A stretch of DNA of 62,658 nucleotides from an uncultured Fibrobacterota bacterium. GTDB taxonomy: Bacteria; Fibrobacterota; Chitinivibrionia; Chitinivibrionales; FEN-1185. Positions within the stretch are counted from its first letter, which is position 1. The number at the start of each line of letters is the position of its first letter. The notes below the pieces were generated by a model that ran no database searches, was not told where the DNA came from, and worked only from the letters and a program-made list of their open reading frames with translations. Positions 37,628 to 47,787 of this stretch are shown one piece after another. Location of the stretch: NCBI GenBank assembly GCA_963729895.1, contig CAVSQB010000024.1, positions 1 through 62,658 of the forward strand, read 5' to 3'. Both the position numbers and the translations under genes were made by a program.

Positions 37628-38659
37628 CTATTGCTTTTTCCTCTTGTGCGTAAGCTTCACCTCGCGCCACATGCCGGTCCGCCCGTCTTTAACAAGCTTG
37701 AGATGCGGCGTTTCTCCCCCGTCGAATATCATGAGCTCGCCGTCCGAAATCACCGTGCGGCCCCTCAGGGTCACTCCCATCCTGTTGATGGCCCGGTACT
37801 GGGTAACGAGGTGTTCCTTCATCTGCTCGAAATCATCGCGGTTCTCGTTAAAGGAAAAGAACAGGGTGGCGATGCCGGCGGCCTTGAGCCGCCTGTACAG
37901 CTTGAGTGGAAACTGCTTGATTTGCCGCCGGCGTTCAAAGTTCCGCTTCTGGTAGAGGGAGTTCCTGTCTGTAAATAGCACGTACGAAAAGTGGGCGTCC
38001 GGCAGCAGGGTCGCAAGCGGCTCGAACAGGTTGCGCAGCAGGTCGTCGCAGTCGATGGCCAGTTTCTCCAGTTTGCTTTCCAGAACCAGGATGTTGCGCT
38101 GAAGAAAATAGCGGTAGTCGAACAGGCCGTCGAGTTCCTTGACATTCTCGTAACCGTACTTGCCCTTCCCGGTCTTCTTGAGGATAACGAGGTTGGGGTA
38201 TTTCCGGATCTTAAGAATGTACCGCTGCGTGTTGGCGATGATGAAATCGTCCCGCTCCCTGGGATTGAAACGTTTGTCAAATATGCCGCCGGTCTTGCCG
38301 TGCGCGCTTGTGTGCTTGAGCCAATATTTGGTGATCCGCCGCGCGATGCGCTCGGCGATATCGCCCACGATGTTGCCCTCGCCGCTTGCGTCGAAGGCGT
38401 ATCGGGCGTTCAGAAGATCGCCTACCGTGTACAACGGGTTGCTGATGCTTTCTATCCGGTATTCGATGATCACCTTGTCGAGATCGTGGCGGCCTTCGTT
38501 GATTTCATCGTTGGGATTGTGGAGCCGGTACGTACCCCTCACGCCGTGGTCGCGGCGCAAAGAATAAATCATCGCGTCACCGTCCGCAGCTCCCGAAGGG
38601 CTCCAGCCGGCCGGCTCAAAACTTGCAAACAGCGAATAGGGATCGTACGGTGCAGTCAT
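37628..38659 (-). CDS. Hypothetical protein with PD-(D/E)xK nuclease-like motifs
   Basis: GDIAERIA ... KELDGLF ... LVLESKL. Confidence 0.7.
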   Translation of the reverse strand: MTAPYDPYSLFASFEPAGWSPSGAADGDAMIYSLRRDHGVRGTYRLHNPNDEINEGRHDLDKVIIEYRIESISNPLYTVGDLLNARYAFDASGEGNIVGDIAERIARRITKYWLKHTSAHGKTGGIFDKRFNPRERDDFIIANTQRYILKIRKYPNLVILKKTGKGKYGYENVKELDGLFDYRYFLQRNILVLESKLEKLAIDCDDLLRNLFEPLATLLPDAHFSYVLFTDRNSLYQKRNFERRRQIKQFPLKLYRRLKAAGIATLFFSFNENRDDFEQMKEHLVTQYRAINRMGVTLRGRTVISDGELMIFDGGETPHLKLVKDGRTGMWREVKLTHKRKKQ

Positions 38660-38875
38660 AGGCCAACAAGAATTGGTGGCGATTTACAGAAGCCTGTGTA
38701 TCAAATATATACTACATGCGGGAGTCGTATGCATATACGGAGCCGGCAAAACGCGATCGCCGGGCAACGCGCTCTTTCCAGGGCGCAGGGGTACTACTTG
38801 CGGCATCGCGTCTCTTGGATGCATATTTACAGAGTAAAATTACGTACCCTTCTCAACGGGAAAGGCCTCCCCCTA

Positions 38876-39637
38876 ATGCCCTACGATGCAGAACTCAAGG
38901 CGGCGCTCGAGGCCGCTCGTGCGGCAGGAAAAATCCAGCTCGATCGCCGGAACAGCATCCGCGACGTTCATTTCAAGAGTGATGCGTCGCCTGTTACCGA
39001 GGTTGACAGAACCTGTGAAACCGTGATCCGCGATTTACTCGGACGGCAATTTCCGGCCGACGGTTTTCTAGGCGAGGAAACGGGTTCAAGTGTCGGGCAC
39101 AGCGGCAGAACGTGGATTGTTGACCCGCTCGACGGCACGCGGCCGTACCTGCGCGGCATTCCCACCCACAGCGTCCTGATTGCCCTGGAAGACGGGGACG
39201 AGCTTGTTGCCGGCTGCATACATCTGCCTGCCCTTGGTGAAACCTACTGGGCGCGGGCCGGCTGCGGCGCGTTTTGCAACGACCGGCGTATTTACGTATC
39301 GGAAACACGGGAGCTGTCCCGGGTGATGGGAAGCGGGTTTGGGTGTGTGGAGAAATCGCCCGCCCGCGAAGGCGAATTGCTTCTTTCTCTTATGAAAACG
39401 TGGGGCTACGCCTATGGGTTCATGGACGCGTTTTCGTACGGCTGCGTTGCCGGCGGCAGGCTCGACGTATGCGTCAACCTGCTCGACAAGCCGTGGGATT
39501 GCGCGGCGGCCGCGTGCATTGTTGCCGAGGCAGGCGGGAGATTCTCTGATATCAAGGGATGCCGTTCAGTACGCAACGGATCGGTGATTCTGTCCAACGG
39601 CTTTGTGCATGATGCTGTCGTAGAGTATTTTCAATAG
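38876..39637 (+). CDS. Inositol monophosphatase family protein (HisN-like)
   Basis: SPVTEVD, FLGEE, WIVDPLDGT, PWDCAA, EAGG. Confidence 0.92.
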   Translation: MPYDAELKAALEAARAAGKIQLDRRNSIRDVHFKSDASPVTEVDRTCETVIRDLLGRQFPADGFLGEETGSSVGHSGRTWIVDPLDGTRPYLRGIPTHSVLIALEDGDELVAGCIHLPALGETYWARAGCGAFCNDRRIYVSETRELSRVMGSGFGCVEKSPAREGELLLSLMKTWGYAYGFMDAFSYGCVAGGRLDVCVNLLDKPWDCAAAACIVAEAGGRFSDIKGCRSVRNGSVILSNGFVHDAVVEYFQ

Positions 39638-39695
39638 TTCCGTTGGTGGAGGAGAGGCGGTTTGTGCCTCGAAGGCCGTGGACCCGGAGGATTCT

Positions 39696-40733
39696 TTGGA
39701 CAAAAAACCTGAAAAGCAAGCGGTTGAGGACGTTACTCCGCAGCGGAGATCTGAAACAGCGGGAATAACCCATTTCACAAAGGACATGATCTCCGCCCTT
39801 GCCATGGCGCTCGTGGCCATCGTGTACGTCATTCAGGCGTTCAAGATTCCGAGCGGTTCAATGGAAAACAGCCTGCTCGTTGGCGACTTCCTGCTCGGGC
39901 TCAAGTTCATTTACGGCGCACCCGTGCTGCCGTTCATGTTCACCAAGTTCCCCGGCGTCACCAACCCAAAGCCGGGGGACGTCATTATCTTCAAATATCC
40001 GGGAACCGACAAGAAGGACTACATCAAACGCTGCGTCGCGGGTCCCGGCGACACAATACGGATAGACACGCAGCGAGTGGTGGTCAACGGACGGCAGTTT
40101 GTGCTGCCGCCGAAAGGCCAGTACATTCACGGCGGCCTGCTTGATCCGCGCATCACCGATTTCGAACCGCTGCGGGTACCCAGGAAAGGCGACACGCTCT
40201 CGCTCGGCGCGGAGGTTCCCTGCCGAGAATTCCTGTATTACAAGCATCTTGTCAAGCAGGAAAATCCGCGGAGCCCCATAACGGTGAAATACCAGCTCTA
40301 TATCAACGGGGAATTCGCCAACAGCCAGAAAGTCCTGGTCAACGGGTACTGGGAATTGCCGTTCGGGGACATCGACTTCAACAAGATAGACAGTTGGATC
40401 GACATCGACAACATTCTCAAGGAGATGCCGGCTCAGTTCCGCGACAAGACCGTGGAGATCCGCAAGTTGCTGTACCTGAACGACCGTCTCGTAACGCGGT
40501 ATGTTGTCAAAAACGACAACTATTTCATGATGGGGGACAACCGCGACAACTCCACCGATTCCCGGTACTGGGGCTTCCTCAACCGCAATTTTGTGAAAGC
40601 AAAGGCGTTTATCCTCTACTTTTCCTGGGACGGCAGTCTTCCGCTGTGGGAATTACCTCTCAAGATACGCTGGAACAGAATTGGCAAACTCATTCGGACC
40701 TGGGACGGACATCCGGAGAATGCGGTGAAGTAG
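39696..40733 (+). CDS. lepB: Signal peptidase I
   Basis: IPSGSMENSL, DYIKRC, MMGDNRDNSTDSRYWG; SD GGAGG before TTG. Confidence 0.96.
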   Translation: MDKKPEKQAVEDVTPQRRSETAGITHFTKDMISALAMALVAIVYVIQAFKIPSGSMENSLLVGDFLLGLKFIYGAPVLPFMFTKFPGVTNPKPGDVIIFKYPGTDKKDYIKRCVAGPGDTIRIDTQRVVVNGRQFVLPPKGQYIHGGLLDPRITDFEPLRVPRKGDTLSLGAEVPCREFLYYKHLVKQENPRSPITVKYQLYINGEFANSQKVLVNGYWELPFGDIDFNKIDSWIDIDNILKEMPAQFRDKTVEIRKLLYLNDRLVTRYVVKNDNYFMMGDNRDNSTDSRYWGFLNRNFVKAKAFILYFSWDGSLPLWELPLKIRWNRIGKLIRTWDGHPENAVK

Positions 40734-40768
40734 TCCGCGAGGCACGTTCTTCCGCGCCCGTCCCATCT

Positions 40769-41719
40769 TCACCTTGTATCCGCCACTCTCCCGATTTCAA
40801 GCCGCCAGTAGTCGAGAAGATCGTCGAGGGTCTTTTCAAAAGGGATTTTCGGCTCCCAACCGGTTTCTTCCCGCAGTTTCCGGTTGTCTCCGGAAAGCCG
40901 GCGGTAGGTCTTAACTTCCCGGATTTTCTTTTCTTCCGCAACCACCGTCACCGGTAGTGAGGATTTTCCGATCAGATAGCTGAGAATTGAAGACAAGGGC
41001 CTGGTGATGCCCGAGCACACATTATATACTTGAGCGGCTCTGCCTTTTCCCATGATGAGCCAATAGGCATTTACCACGTCGCGAACATCCGAAAAATCAA
41101 TTTCGACGTTGCAATCTCCCACGTGAATTTCCGGCGGGCCACCGTGTTCCGCGTGCGCGATTTGCCTGGCCCAGTCGGAACACACAAACAGATGCGACTG
41201 GCCGGGGCCGGTATGGTTGAACGAACGCGTAAACCGTATGTCAAGGTTGTATTGACGGCAGTACTGCAAGCCGATGAGCTCCGTGGCGTATTTTGAAATC
41301 CCATAAAAATTGCTGGGGTTGGGAAGTTCCCTCTCGGACACCAGGCCCTCCGCATTGACATCGTATTCTTTGGCCGATCCCACCACAAGCAGCTTTCCCG
41401 CAGCGCAGAACCGTTTCATCGCGTCGATCACCGATATCGTGCCGGTGATGTTTATCTCGAGCGCGCTTCTCGGCGTGCGGTCGGCCTCCGCGGGAAAACT
41501 GACGCCCGCGAGGTGAAAGATCTCATCGGGCATGAGGCGCTCAAGCGCCTGAGCAACGCTGTCGCAATCCGTAATGTCAACTGTTTCGTAGGGAATAGCG
41601 TCGATCGAACACGTTTGCTCGATGCCCAGCCCGACAACGCGCCTGCCTTTGTGCCTGAGCACGGCGGCGAGGTGGCGGCCGGCAAAACCATTGATGCCGG
41701 TGATGAGTGCGGTTGCCAT
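40769..41719 (-). CDS. NAD-dependent sugar reductase, GDP-4-dehydro-6-deoxy-D-mannose reductase (Rmd)-like
   Basis: ITGINGFAG, YGISK, RSFNHTGPGQ, DFSDVRDVV, LLDYWR. Confidence 0.85.
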   Translation of the reverse strand: MATALITGINGFAGRHLAAVLRHKGRRVVGLGIEQTCSIDAIPYETVDITDCDSVAQALERLMPDEIFHLAGVSFPAEADRTPRSALEINITGTISVIDAMKRFCAAGKLLVVGSAKEYDVNAEGLVSERELPNPSNFYGISKYATELIGLQYCRQYNLDIRFTRSFNHTGPGQSHLFVCSDWARQIAHAEHGGPPEIHVGDCNVEIDFSDVRDVVNAYWLIMGKGRAAQVYNVCSGITRPLSSILSYLIGKSSLPVTVVAEEKKIREVKTYRRLSGDNRKLREETGWEPKIPFEKTLDDLLDYWRLEIGRVADTR

Positions 41720-41818
41720 GCGTTCTCTTCTTCCTCATGCGCGGCGGACCGCGCCGAAGCTTGTTTCCGGGCGCACCGCCGTTATTGCTGTGTAAAATAG
41801 ATGGAAATCCTTAGCCGA

Positions 41819-42808
41819 TCAATTCTTTCGTGCGATCTTCATGCATGCGTCAAATACAGAGAAAACAGTGATGTTGTTGATACAGGGGGTCGCGCATGTT
41901 TCCTCTGCGCCGTCGCACGGGTGGCAGGGAAAGCACGGCTCCCTTGGGGCGGAAATTATCGTCACGCTTTCCCCAAGAGGCCTCCACTGTACGGGATCGG
42001 ATGCCCCGAACAGCACCACGCTCGGCGCGCCGGACGCTGCTGCCAGATGCGACACTCCCGAGTCGTTGCCGATGTACAGGTTCGCACGCGCAAACACATG
42101 GACAAGAACCGGAAGAGGCGCATTGCGAATCACGGTGTGAGACGACGGAACCTGGTACCGGCCTTCCTCTGTCGGTCCGGCAATCCATGCGATCGACAAC
42201 CCCTTGCCCTCAAGCTCATGTGCCACGGCAATGAACCGCCGGGCCGGCCAGTTCTTTCTCGCGCTGCCGCTGCCGGGGTGAAGCACGGCAAAGGCTTTGC
42301 GTTTTCCAAGAAGCTCATCCGCTTCATGAGCACATGCCGGACACGGCGTCAGCCGCGGAACATGCCGTGCCGACATCTTCAGGCGCTTAGTGACAAGAGC
42401 CAAGTGGTACGCACACACGTGGATTCTTTGAACCGGCCTGGGGGCGTGCGCCAACAGGCGCGCACAGGCGAACCGCCGCACATGCGACACCAGCGGCGAA
42501 CCCGCTGACGTAAACACCAGGGCTGCCTTGACGCGCGACAGTCTTTCCGTCAGAGAGCGCACAAGCGGTCCGTCCGGAAGGTACAGGCGCGAGAACACGG
42601 CGCTTTCGGCATCCCACACTTCGTCGAACAGGCCCTCGTGGATGCCGAGAATGCCGGTTGCAGGCTTGCCAAGGAGGATTTTCCTTAGGCCGGGGTTGCG
42701 CCGGTTCCACGCCTTTATGGCCGGGACCGCGGTGACGAAATCACCCAGCCCTCCGGTGTGGTAGACAAGGGATAGTTGGGTCGGCGTTGTCCGGCTGGCA
42801 AGGATCAT
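41819..42808 (-). CDS. Glycosyltransferase family 9 (heptosyltransferase-like)
   Basis: GGLGD, HPGSGSARKNWP, GNDSGVSHLAAA, LFG. Confidence 0.9.
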   Translation of the reverse strand: MILASRTTPTQLSLVYHTGGLGDFVTAVPAIKAWNRRNPGLRKILLGKPATGILGIHEGLFDEVWDAESAVFSRLYLPDGPLVRSLTERLSRVKAALVFTSAGSPLVSHVRRFACARLLAHAPRPVQRIHVCAYHLALVTKRLKMSARHVPRLTPCPACAHEADELLGKRKAFAVLHPGSGSARKNWPARRFIAVAHELEGKGLSIAWIAGPTEEGRYQVPSSHTVIRNAPLPVLVHVFARANLYIGNDSGVSHLAAASGAPSVVLFGASDPVQWRPLGESVTIISAPREPCFPCHPCDGAEETCATPCINNITVFSVFDACMKIARKN

Positions 42809-42874
42809 GGTTGATTGACGGACAGTTCATCCCGCACAAGCGAGGCATGCACGGCTGCGCCGGAACACTGTTGA

Positions 42875-43873
42875 TTACCGAGTGCTCAGGCCCTTAAAAT
42901 ACTCGAGGGCCGGCCCGACATCCGCTTCGGGGTGGCGTCCGGCAATGTTCCGGATTGCATCGAGCTGCGACGATACAAAGGCCTTTGTCGCATCGTCCGA
43001 TTGTTGTGTTGTCCGGTGGCCCATTGCGTTACGAACCGGCTCCCATTCACGTACAAACTGTCTTGAGCCCGTGTCCAGGCACGCCTCCGTAAACCGTTCC
43101 CACAGATAGCCGACCGCAACATCAGCCGGATGAGTCATGTCCTCTTTATAGAACCGGTAATCGCGCAGTTCGTCCATCATTATCTCGTAGGCGGGGAAAT
43201 AATAGAGCCTGGAAAATCTTTTTTCCAGTTCGTGAAGCGCACACACAAGGGTCGACTTGCTTACCAGGTTCTCGTGCGCATTATTGCGGATATGACGCAC
43301 CGGGCTCACGGTTGCAATGCAAAGGCAGCCGGGCCGCAACGCGTGCAGCCGTTCCAGAACCTCGGTGAAGGCTTTCACGATTTCTTCTATGGAAAGCAGC
43401 CGCCTGTCGAACTGCTCAGCGGGTTGTTTGTGGCAATTCGCCGCGATTCTCCCGCTCTCCCTGTGGGAAAAGGCAACCGCGGTGCCCAGGGTAAGGATCA
43501 GAACGTCACAGGTTTGGAATGCATCGCATCCCTTGGCAAAACGTGCGTTTATTTTTGCAAGGCAGTCATCGCGGGATGCCGCGGAGAATCGCCCATGATG
43601 GTCCCGGCTGTGCCACAGGCCCGAGGAGAAAAACAGGTCCTGTTCCGCGTACGGCGTTCGTTCCGCGAGACGCTTGAGTCCTGCGGCAATTGAGGCCGGA
43701 TTGAACAGGATGCCGAAGGGGTTGACGCATGCATTAAAGAGAAAATCGGTGAGAAGCGCCCCCATGGTTTCGGCAAAACATGAGCCCATGCACAAAATCG
43801 TGTGGCTGTGATGGATTGCCGATTGACTTTTAGGGACGTCTACCACCGTCCTGAAGATGCCGTTATCCGCCAT
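42875..43873 (-). CDS. GSCFA domain protein (SGNH-like)
   Basis: MGSCFAE, NPFGILFNP, ANCHK, TVSPVRH, YFPAYEIMMDELRDYRFY. Confidence 0.93.
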   Translation of the reverse strand: MADNGIFRTVVDVPKSQSAIHHSHTILCMGSCFAETMGALLTDFLFNACVNPFGILFNPASIAAGLKRLAERTPYAEQDLFFSSGLWHSRDHHGRFSAASRDDCLAKINARFAKGCDAFQTCDVLILTLGTAVAFSHRESGRIAANCHKQPAEQFDRRLLSIEEIVKAFTEVLERLHALRPGCLCIATVSPVRHIRNNAHENLVSKSTLVCALHELEKRFSRLYYFPAYEIMMDELRDYRFYKEDMTHPADVAVGYLWERFTEACLDTGSRQFVREWEPVRNAMGHRTTQQSDDATKAFVSSQLDAIRNIAGRHPEADVGPALEYFKGLSTR

Positions 43874-44714
43874 GGGCAGCATCCCCGGGCGCGACAACGG
43901 TATCGCGTCCGATTTCGCGATGATGATCGAGCCCGTTCCGGGCCCAATACTGCTTAGGAGAGCTGAGATTCCTGCAGGTTTCTGCGTCGTGCGGCACAGG
44001 ATCGGAGGTGTGGAACAGATGGTATTGCAGCGCTTCGCGCGTGATGGTTTTTATGCGCACCCCTTTGAGCCTGAACCGTTCGGTGAGGTTTATGTCTTCA
44101 ATGCCCCTGCCCGTGATACTTTCGTCGTAGCCGTTGACGGCCTGAAAGTCCGATGCGTGAACCGAGAAGTTACTGCCCACGATCCAGTATCGCTTTCCAA
44201 ATGCGTTTTCCAGTGCAAACGAACCCGGTATGTACAGCCCGTGCTTACGCTGGCCCGCGCCACAATTGTTCCACCAGAACAACGGGCGCTCCATTCGTTT
44301 CGATTCGATGTCGGTAATCGACAGCCTCGCGGTAATCGCCTCATCAAGCATCACCCTGCGGCCCGCGAGCACAACGCCCTTCCTCCTGTTGACAAGGTGC
44401 CGTTCCATGAACCGGTGGTGGAGCACGCAATCGCCGTCGATAAAGACGAGATAGTCGGTACCGGCCTTCGCCACCGCCTCGTTGACAACAATGGTTTTCC
44501 TGAATCCTGCGTCCCGCTGCCAGATATGCCTCACGGGCCGCGGAAACTCCTTTGCAAACCGCCTGACCACGCCGGCAACGTCCTGTCCGGATCCGTCATC
44601 GGCAATCAGGACTTCAAAATCGCCGCGGGTCTGGCCGCGGACACTTGCAAATATCTTTTCGAGAAAGTCCGGCCGCTTGTAGACCGCAACGATCAGGGAG
44701 GCGCGCGGGTTCAT
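43863..44714 (-). CDS. Glycosyltransferase family 2
   Basis: IADDGS, FIDGDC, VNGYDE, GIED. Confidence 0.92.
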   Translation of the reverse strand: MNPRASLIVAVYKRPDFLEKIFASVRGQTRGDFEVLIADDGSGQDVAGVVRRFAKEFPRPVRHIWQRDAGFRKTIVVNEAVAKAGTDYLVFIDGDCVLHHRFMERHLVNRRKGVVLAGRRVMLDEAITARLSITDIESKRMERPLFWWNNCGAGQRKHGLYIPGSFALENAFGKRYWIVGSNFSVHASDFQAVNGYDESITGRGIEDINLTERFRLKGVRIKTITREALQYHLFHTSDPVPHDAETCRNLSSPKQYWARNGLDHHREIGRDTVVAPGDAAHGG

Positions 44715-45172
44715 GCCTGCTGTCCGCCGAGCTTGAGCGCAACCACCTCGCGCACCAGCGTGCCGTCGGCCTTGCCCTTCACCTGCGGCATCACAAGTTT
44801 CATCACCGTCCCCATGTCCTGCTTTCCCCGGGCGCCGGATTCCGAAATCGCGGCGGCCACAACACCCTCAATTTCCTCTCTGGAAAGCTGCACGGGCAGG
44901 TATTTCTTGAAGACATCGATCTGAAACTGCTCGCGGTCTGCCAGGTCGATGCGGCCCGCGGCCCTGAATTGCGCAACCGATTCGGAGCGCTGTTTAATCG
45001 CCTTTGCGATCACGCCCGCAACGTTGCCGTCGCTCGCCTCCTCCTGCTCGATGAGTTCGAGATTTTTGATTTCGGAGTGCAACGTCCGCAGGCAGAGGAG
45101 CTTTTCCTTTTCCTGCGCCTTCATCGCTGTCTTGATATCTGCGAGCAGCGTCTCGAGAATGGAGGATGGCAT
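44711..45172 (-). CDS. GatB/YqeY domain protein
   Basis: DIKTAMKA, KQRSES, YLPVQLS, DMGTVM, GKADG. Confidence 0.93.
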   Translation of the reverse strand: MPSSILETLLADIKTAMKAQEKEKLLCLRTLHSEIKNLELIEQEEASDGNVAGVIAKAIKQRSESVAQFRAAGRIDLADREQFQIDVFKKYLPVQLSREEIEGVVAAAISESGARGKQDMGTVMKLVMPQVKGKADGTLVREVVALKLGGQQA

Positions 45173-45190
45173 TGGGTCTCCTTGGGGTGA

Positions 45191-45736
45191 TTATGCTTTA
45201 ACAGCCACGATGCTTTGGGGAACTTTGCCCTTTGCTACCTGCTCCAAGGTGAACCGTTTGGAGGAGATCCGGCGAAGCCCCGCAGCAATGCAGAAAGCCA
45301 TGTTGAGCCGCAGCAGGTTATTGGTGGCCGTTGCGGTGTCGAACACGTGCTGCGGCCGAAGCGCGGCCAAATCCACATCCGTAAAGTTCCTGTCGCAGCT
45401 TGGCAGAACGGTGGTCCCGTTGTCCGCATACAGGGCAATGCCATGCGTCCGGCAGATAACGGGCCGCGCCGGATACGCACTGCATTCCCCGTTTCTGAGA
45501 AGCGCACACCTTGTTCGTTTCCCGGGGGTTGCTTCGGCCGCGGCCGGCCGGCCGGCCAGGTACGTGGCAAGCGCATACGCTTCAAGGGCGCACACGCTGT
45601 GCAACTCGCAGCAGGCGAAACATCCCCGCCCGCATGCCATGGCGCCTTTGTACATCCTGTGCACAGCCTCGAAAAATCCGTCGCAGTACCGGCACAGCGC
45701 TGCGTAGTTGTCAAGAATGGCCCGGATGGTTGTCAT
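45191..45736 (-). CDS. YkgJ-family cysteine cluster protein
   Basis: CGRGCFACC ... CALL...CSAYPARPVICRTHG. Confidence 0.85.
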   Translation of the reverse strand: MTTIRAILDNYAALCRYCDGFFEAVHRMYKGAMACGRGCFACCELHSVCALEAYALATYLAGRPAAAEATPGKRTRCALLRNGECSAYPARPVICRTHGIALYADNGTTVLPSCDRNFTDVDLAALRPQHVFDTATATNNLLRLNMAFCIAAGLRRISSKRFTLEQVAKGKVPQSIVAVKA

Positions 45737-46569
45737 GGGCGTGCCGCTCCCGCATGGCGATGGTAGGCAGCCGGCGGCCGGCACGGACCCGTTGCAGCCG
45801 TCACGGCAAGCAGGCTGTCGAGAAAATCAAGCGACTTGAAATCGGAGTAGGTCTGGAAATGGTACTGGCAGAACCGAGCGAAAAGGCGGATAATGCGCCG
45901 CGCGTCAACATCGGAAATACCCCTGGGCTCCTGAGGGTACGCGTGCAACGCGGCGCCGCCCAGCGACGCAAGCACTGCTGCCGGAAGGAACGCGCCGGTG
46001 TTGTTCTTGCGTTTCGCGCATTCGTTGCATTCAAGCGTGCCGCTTTCCAAAAGCAGGTGTGCACCTGCCGATCCGGCAAACGGCCTGCCGCACCGGACGC
46101 ACGTGTCGATGTTCGGCCCGAACCCCATGAGCGCAGAAAAATCGTACAGGAAACGCCATGCCATGGCCGGGAAACACCGGTTCGCCGGCAGCGTTTCGAG
46201 GTTCGCAAGCAATTGGAGCAGATACCGGAAGATATCCGGATGCGGCGCGTCGGTCGACATCGTCTTCATGATGACTTCAAACGCCAGATCGCGTACCGCG
46301 CTCTTGTGCAGGTCGGTACGCACGCCGGGAAAATAATCAAGGATGGAAATGCCGGCCAGGGTATGCAGGTCCCGGTGCGGCCTGGAGTAGAGGAGCAGTT
46401 CGGCAAGGAAACCCCGTTCCGGGCAAGGAGTTCCGCTCTTTTTTCGCCGGATGCCCTTGGCGACACCGTGCACGAGACCGTGTTGCTCCGAGTACAGGTA
46501 CAGGATGCAGCTCGTTTCGCGAAACGGGTTTACTTTAAGGATGAACGCTTTTGTTTTTTCAACAGTCAT
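45733..46569 (-). CDS. recO: DNA repair protein RecO
   Basis: KAFILK..PFRETSCI OB-fold start, AKGIRR, GFGP..CxxC...CxxC zinc finger, KSLDFL. Confidence 0.9.
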   Translation of the reverse strand: MTVEKTKAFILKVNPFRETSCILYLYSEQHGLVHGVAKGIRRKKSGTPCPERGFLAELLLYSRPHRDLHTLAGISILDYFPGVRTDLHKSAVRDLAFEVIMKTMSTDAPHPDIFRYLLQLLANLETLPANRCFPAMAWRFLYDFSALMGFGPNIDTCVRCGRPFAGSAGAHLLLESGTLECNECAKRKNNTGAFLPAAVLASLGGAALHAYPQEPRGISDVDARRIIRLFARFCQYHFQTYSDFKSLDFLDSLLAVTAATGPCRPPAAYHRHAGAARP

Positions 46570-46744
46570 GATCGCCGCCGGCCAAAGAGAATTGGTCGCT
46601 TGGAGGCCCTTGAGAAACTCACCATTGAAGAAACCTCGCAGCTGCGGGGGGAAAAGGGCAAACGACTCAATGATAGGCGCGAAGCGCCACTGCCATGCCT
46701 TAGGGAACGCAGTGACAATGCGCTCCCTGTGGGATTCACCGTGT

Positions 46745-47479
46745 TCAATCACGCGGGTCCGGAGCCACGCGCTTGCCCGGACGCAAAAGCCGGCTAAGGG
46801 ACGAGAGCGTGAGCGGTTCTTCCGGCACGTCCCCCGCGGCGCGATCCTTTTTCTTCCCCGATACCACGCCGCCCGACACGATAAGTTTGATGGCCGTTTC
46901 CACGCTGATAGCAACGTCAACTATCTTGGATTCCGGAACAAAAATCAGGAACCCCGCCGTCGGATTTGGGACTTTCGGCAAAAACACGCCCACCATTTTC
47001 TCCCCGGTTTTGGCCGAAATCTCGGAGTTTTCCGCGGCAGTGACAAAAGCGAGGCAATAGGAGCCCTTTTCGGGGAACTCTATGAGTACCACCCTGCTCA
47101 GCGCCTTCTTCTTGGGGCCTGCCACGGCGTCCACGATCTGCTTGATGATGCCGTACAATTTATTGAAGAACGGGATCTTGCCAAGCAGCGAATTGCCCGT
47201 CTTCATGAGCCGCCTGCCCAGAAAATTCCGTGCAAGAGACCCGGTGAACCACGCCGCCAGCAGCAGAGCCACAAGGCCCATGCCCGGCACAATGTGGGTC
47301 CGCAGCGAGGCGGGAACGGCAAAATAGGCCCACGAATCGAGGAGCTTGAACAGCTTGACAAGTATGAGAACCGAGGCGAACAGCGGAAGGAGCAGGAGAA
47401 AGCCGGCGATCATGTTGGTGCGCACCTGCCGCAGCGTATGCACAATTCGATGGCGCACCTTGTACCACAGTTTGTACAT
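46745..47479 (-). CDS. DUF502 membrane protein
   Basis: AGFLLLLP, IPFFNKLY, VLIEFP, VFLPKVPNPTAGF, IVSGG. Confidence 0.9.
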   Translation of the reverse strand: MYKLWYKVRHRIVHTLRQVRTNMIAGFLLLLPLFASVLILVKLFKLLDSWAYFAVPASLRTHIVPGMGLVALLLAAWFTGSLARNFLGRRLMKTGNSLLGKIPFFNKLYGIIKQIVDAVAGPKKKALSRVVLIEFPEKGSYCLAFVTAAENSEISAKTGEKMVGVFLPKVPNPTAGFLIFVPESKIVDVAISVETAIKLIVSGGVVSGKKKDRAAGDVPEEPLTLSSLSRLLRPGKRVAPDPRD

Positions 47480-47481
47480 GG

Positions 47482-47787
47482 CTACTTCGGCTCCTCTATG
47501 AACTTGTACACTTTCTCGTCCTTGCGCGCCATGCCCAGCTTCTCGCGGGCGATTTTCTCCATGTAGGCGGTATCGCTCTTGAGGCGGGAATTCTCCACGG
47601 AAAGGGAATCGAGCTCCTTGTGCTGGTGCGCGAGCGACCGTTCCTTTTTCTTCACATCAAGGAAGGACCGGTAGATCCGTACCGTGCTGGCTTTGCCGAC
47701 AAAAAGCGAAACCAAAAGCGCAACGGCCACCGCGAGCGCGACCCATCTGCCGATTTTCCTGTGTCCCATCTTCCTGCGAAGATTCAT
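47482..47787 (-). CDS. Septum formation initiator (FtsB/DivIC family)
   Basis: TM helix plus coiled coil plus YMEKIAREKLGM..E.VY. Confidence 0.88.
   Translation of the reverse strand: MNLRRKMGHRKIGRWVALAVAVALLVSLFVGKASTVRIYRSFLDVKKKERSLAHQHKELDSLSVENSRLKSDTAYMEKIAREKLGMARKDEKVYKFIEEPK

Noticed and set aside
37991..38875. Apparent 295-aa N-terminal extension on the inositol monophosphatase
   Set aside because: Mostly antisense to the 37628-38659 gene; family similarity begins at ATG 38876.
46652..46700. c-di-GMP-I riboswitch-like GGGCAAAC...GGCGCGAAGC
   Set aside because: The P2 stem and GNRA loop do not form, and it is on the strand opposite the flanking genes.
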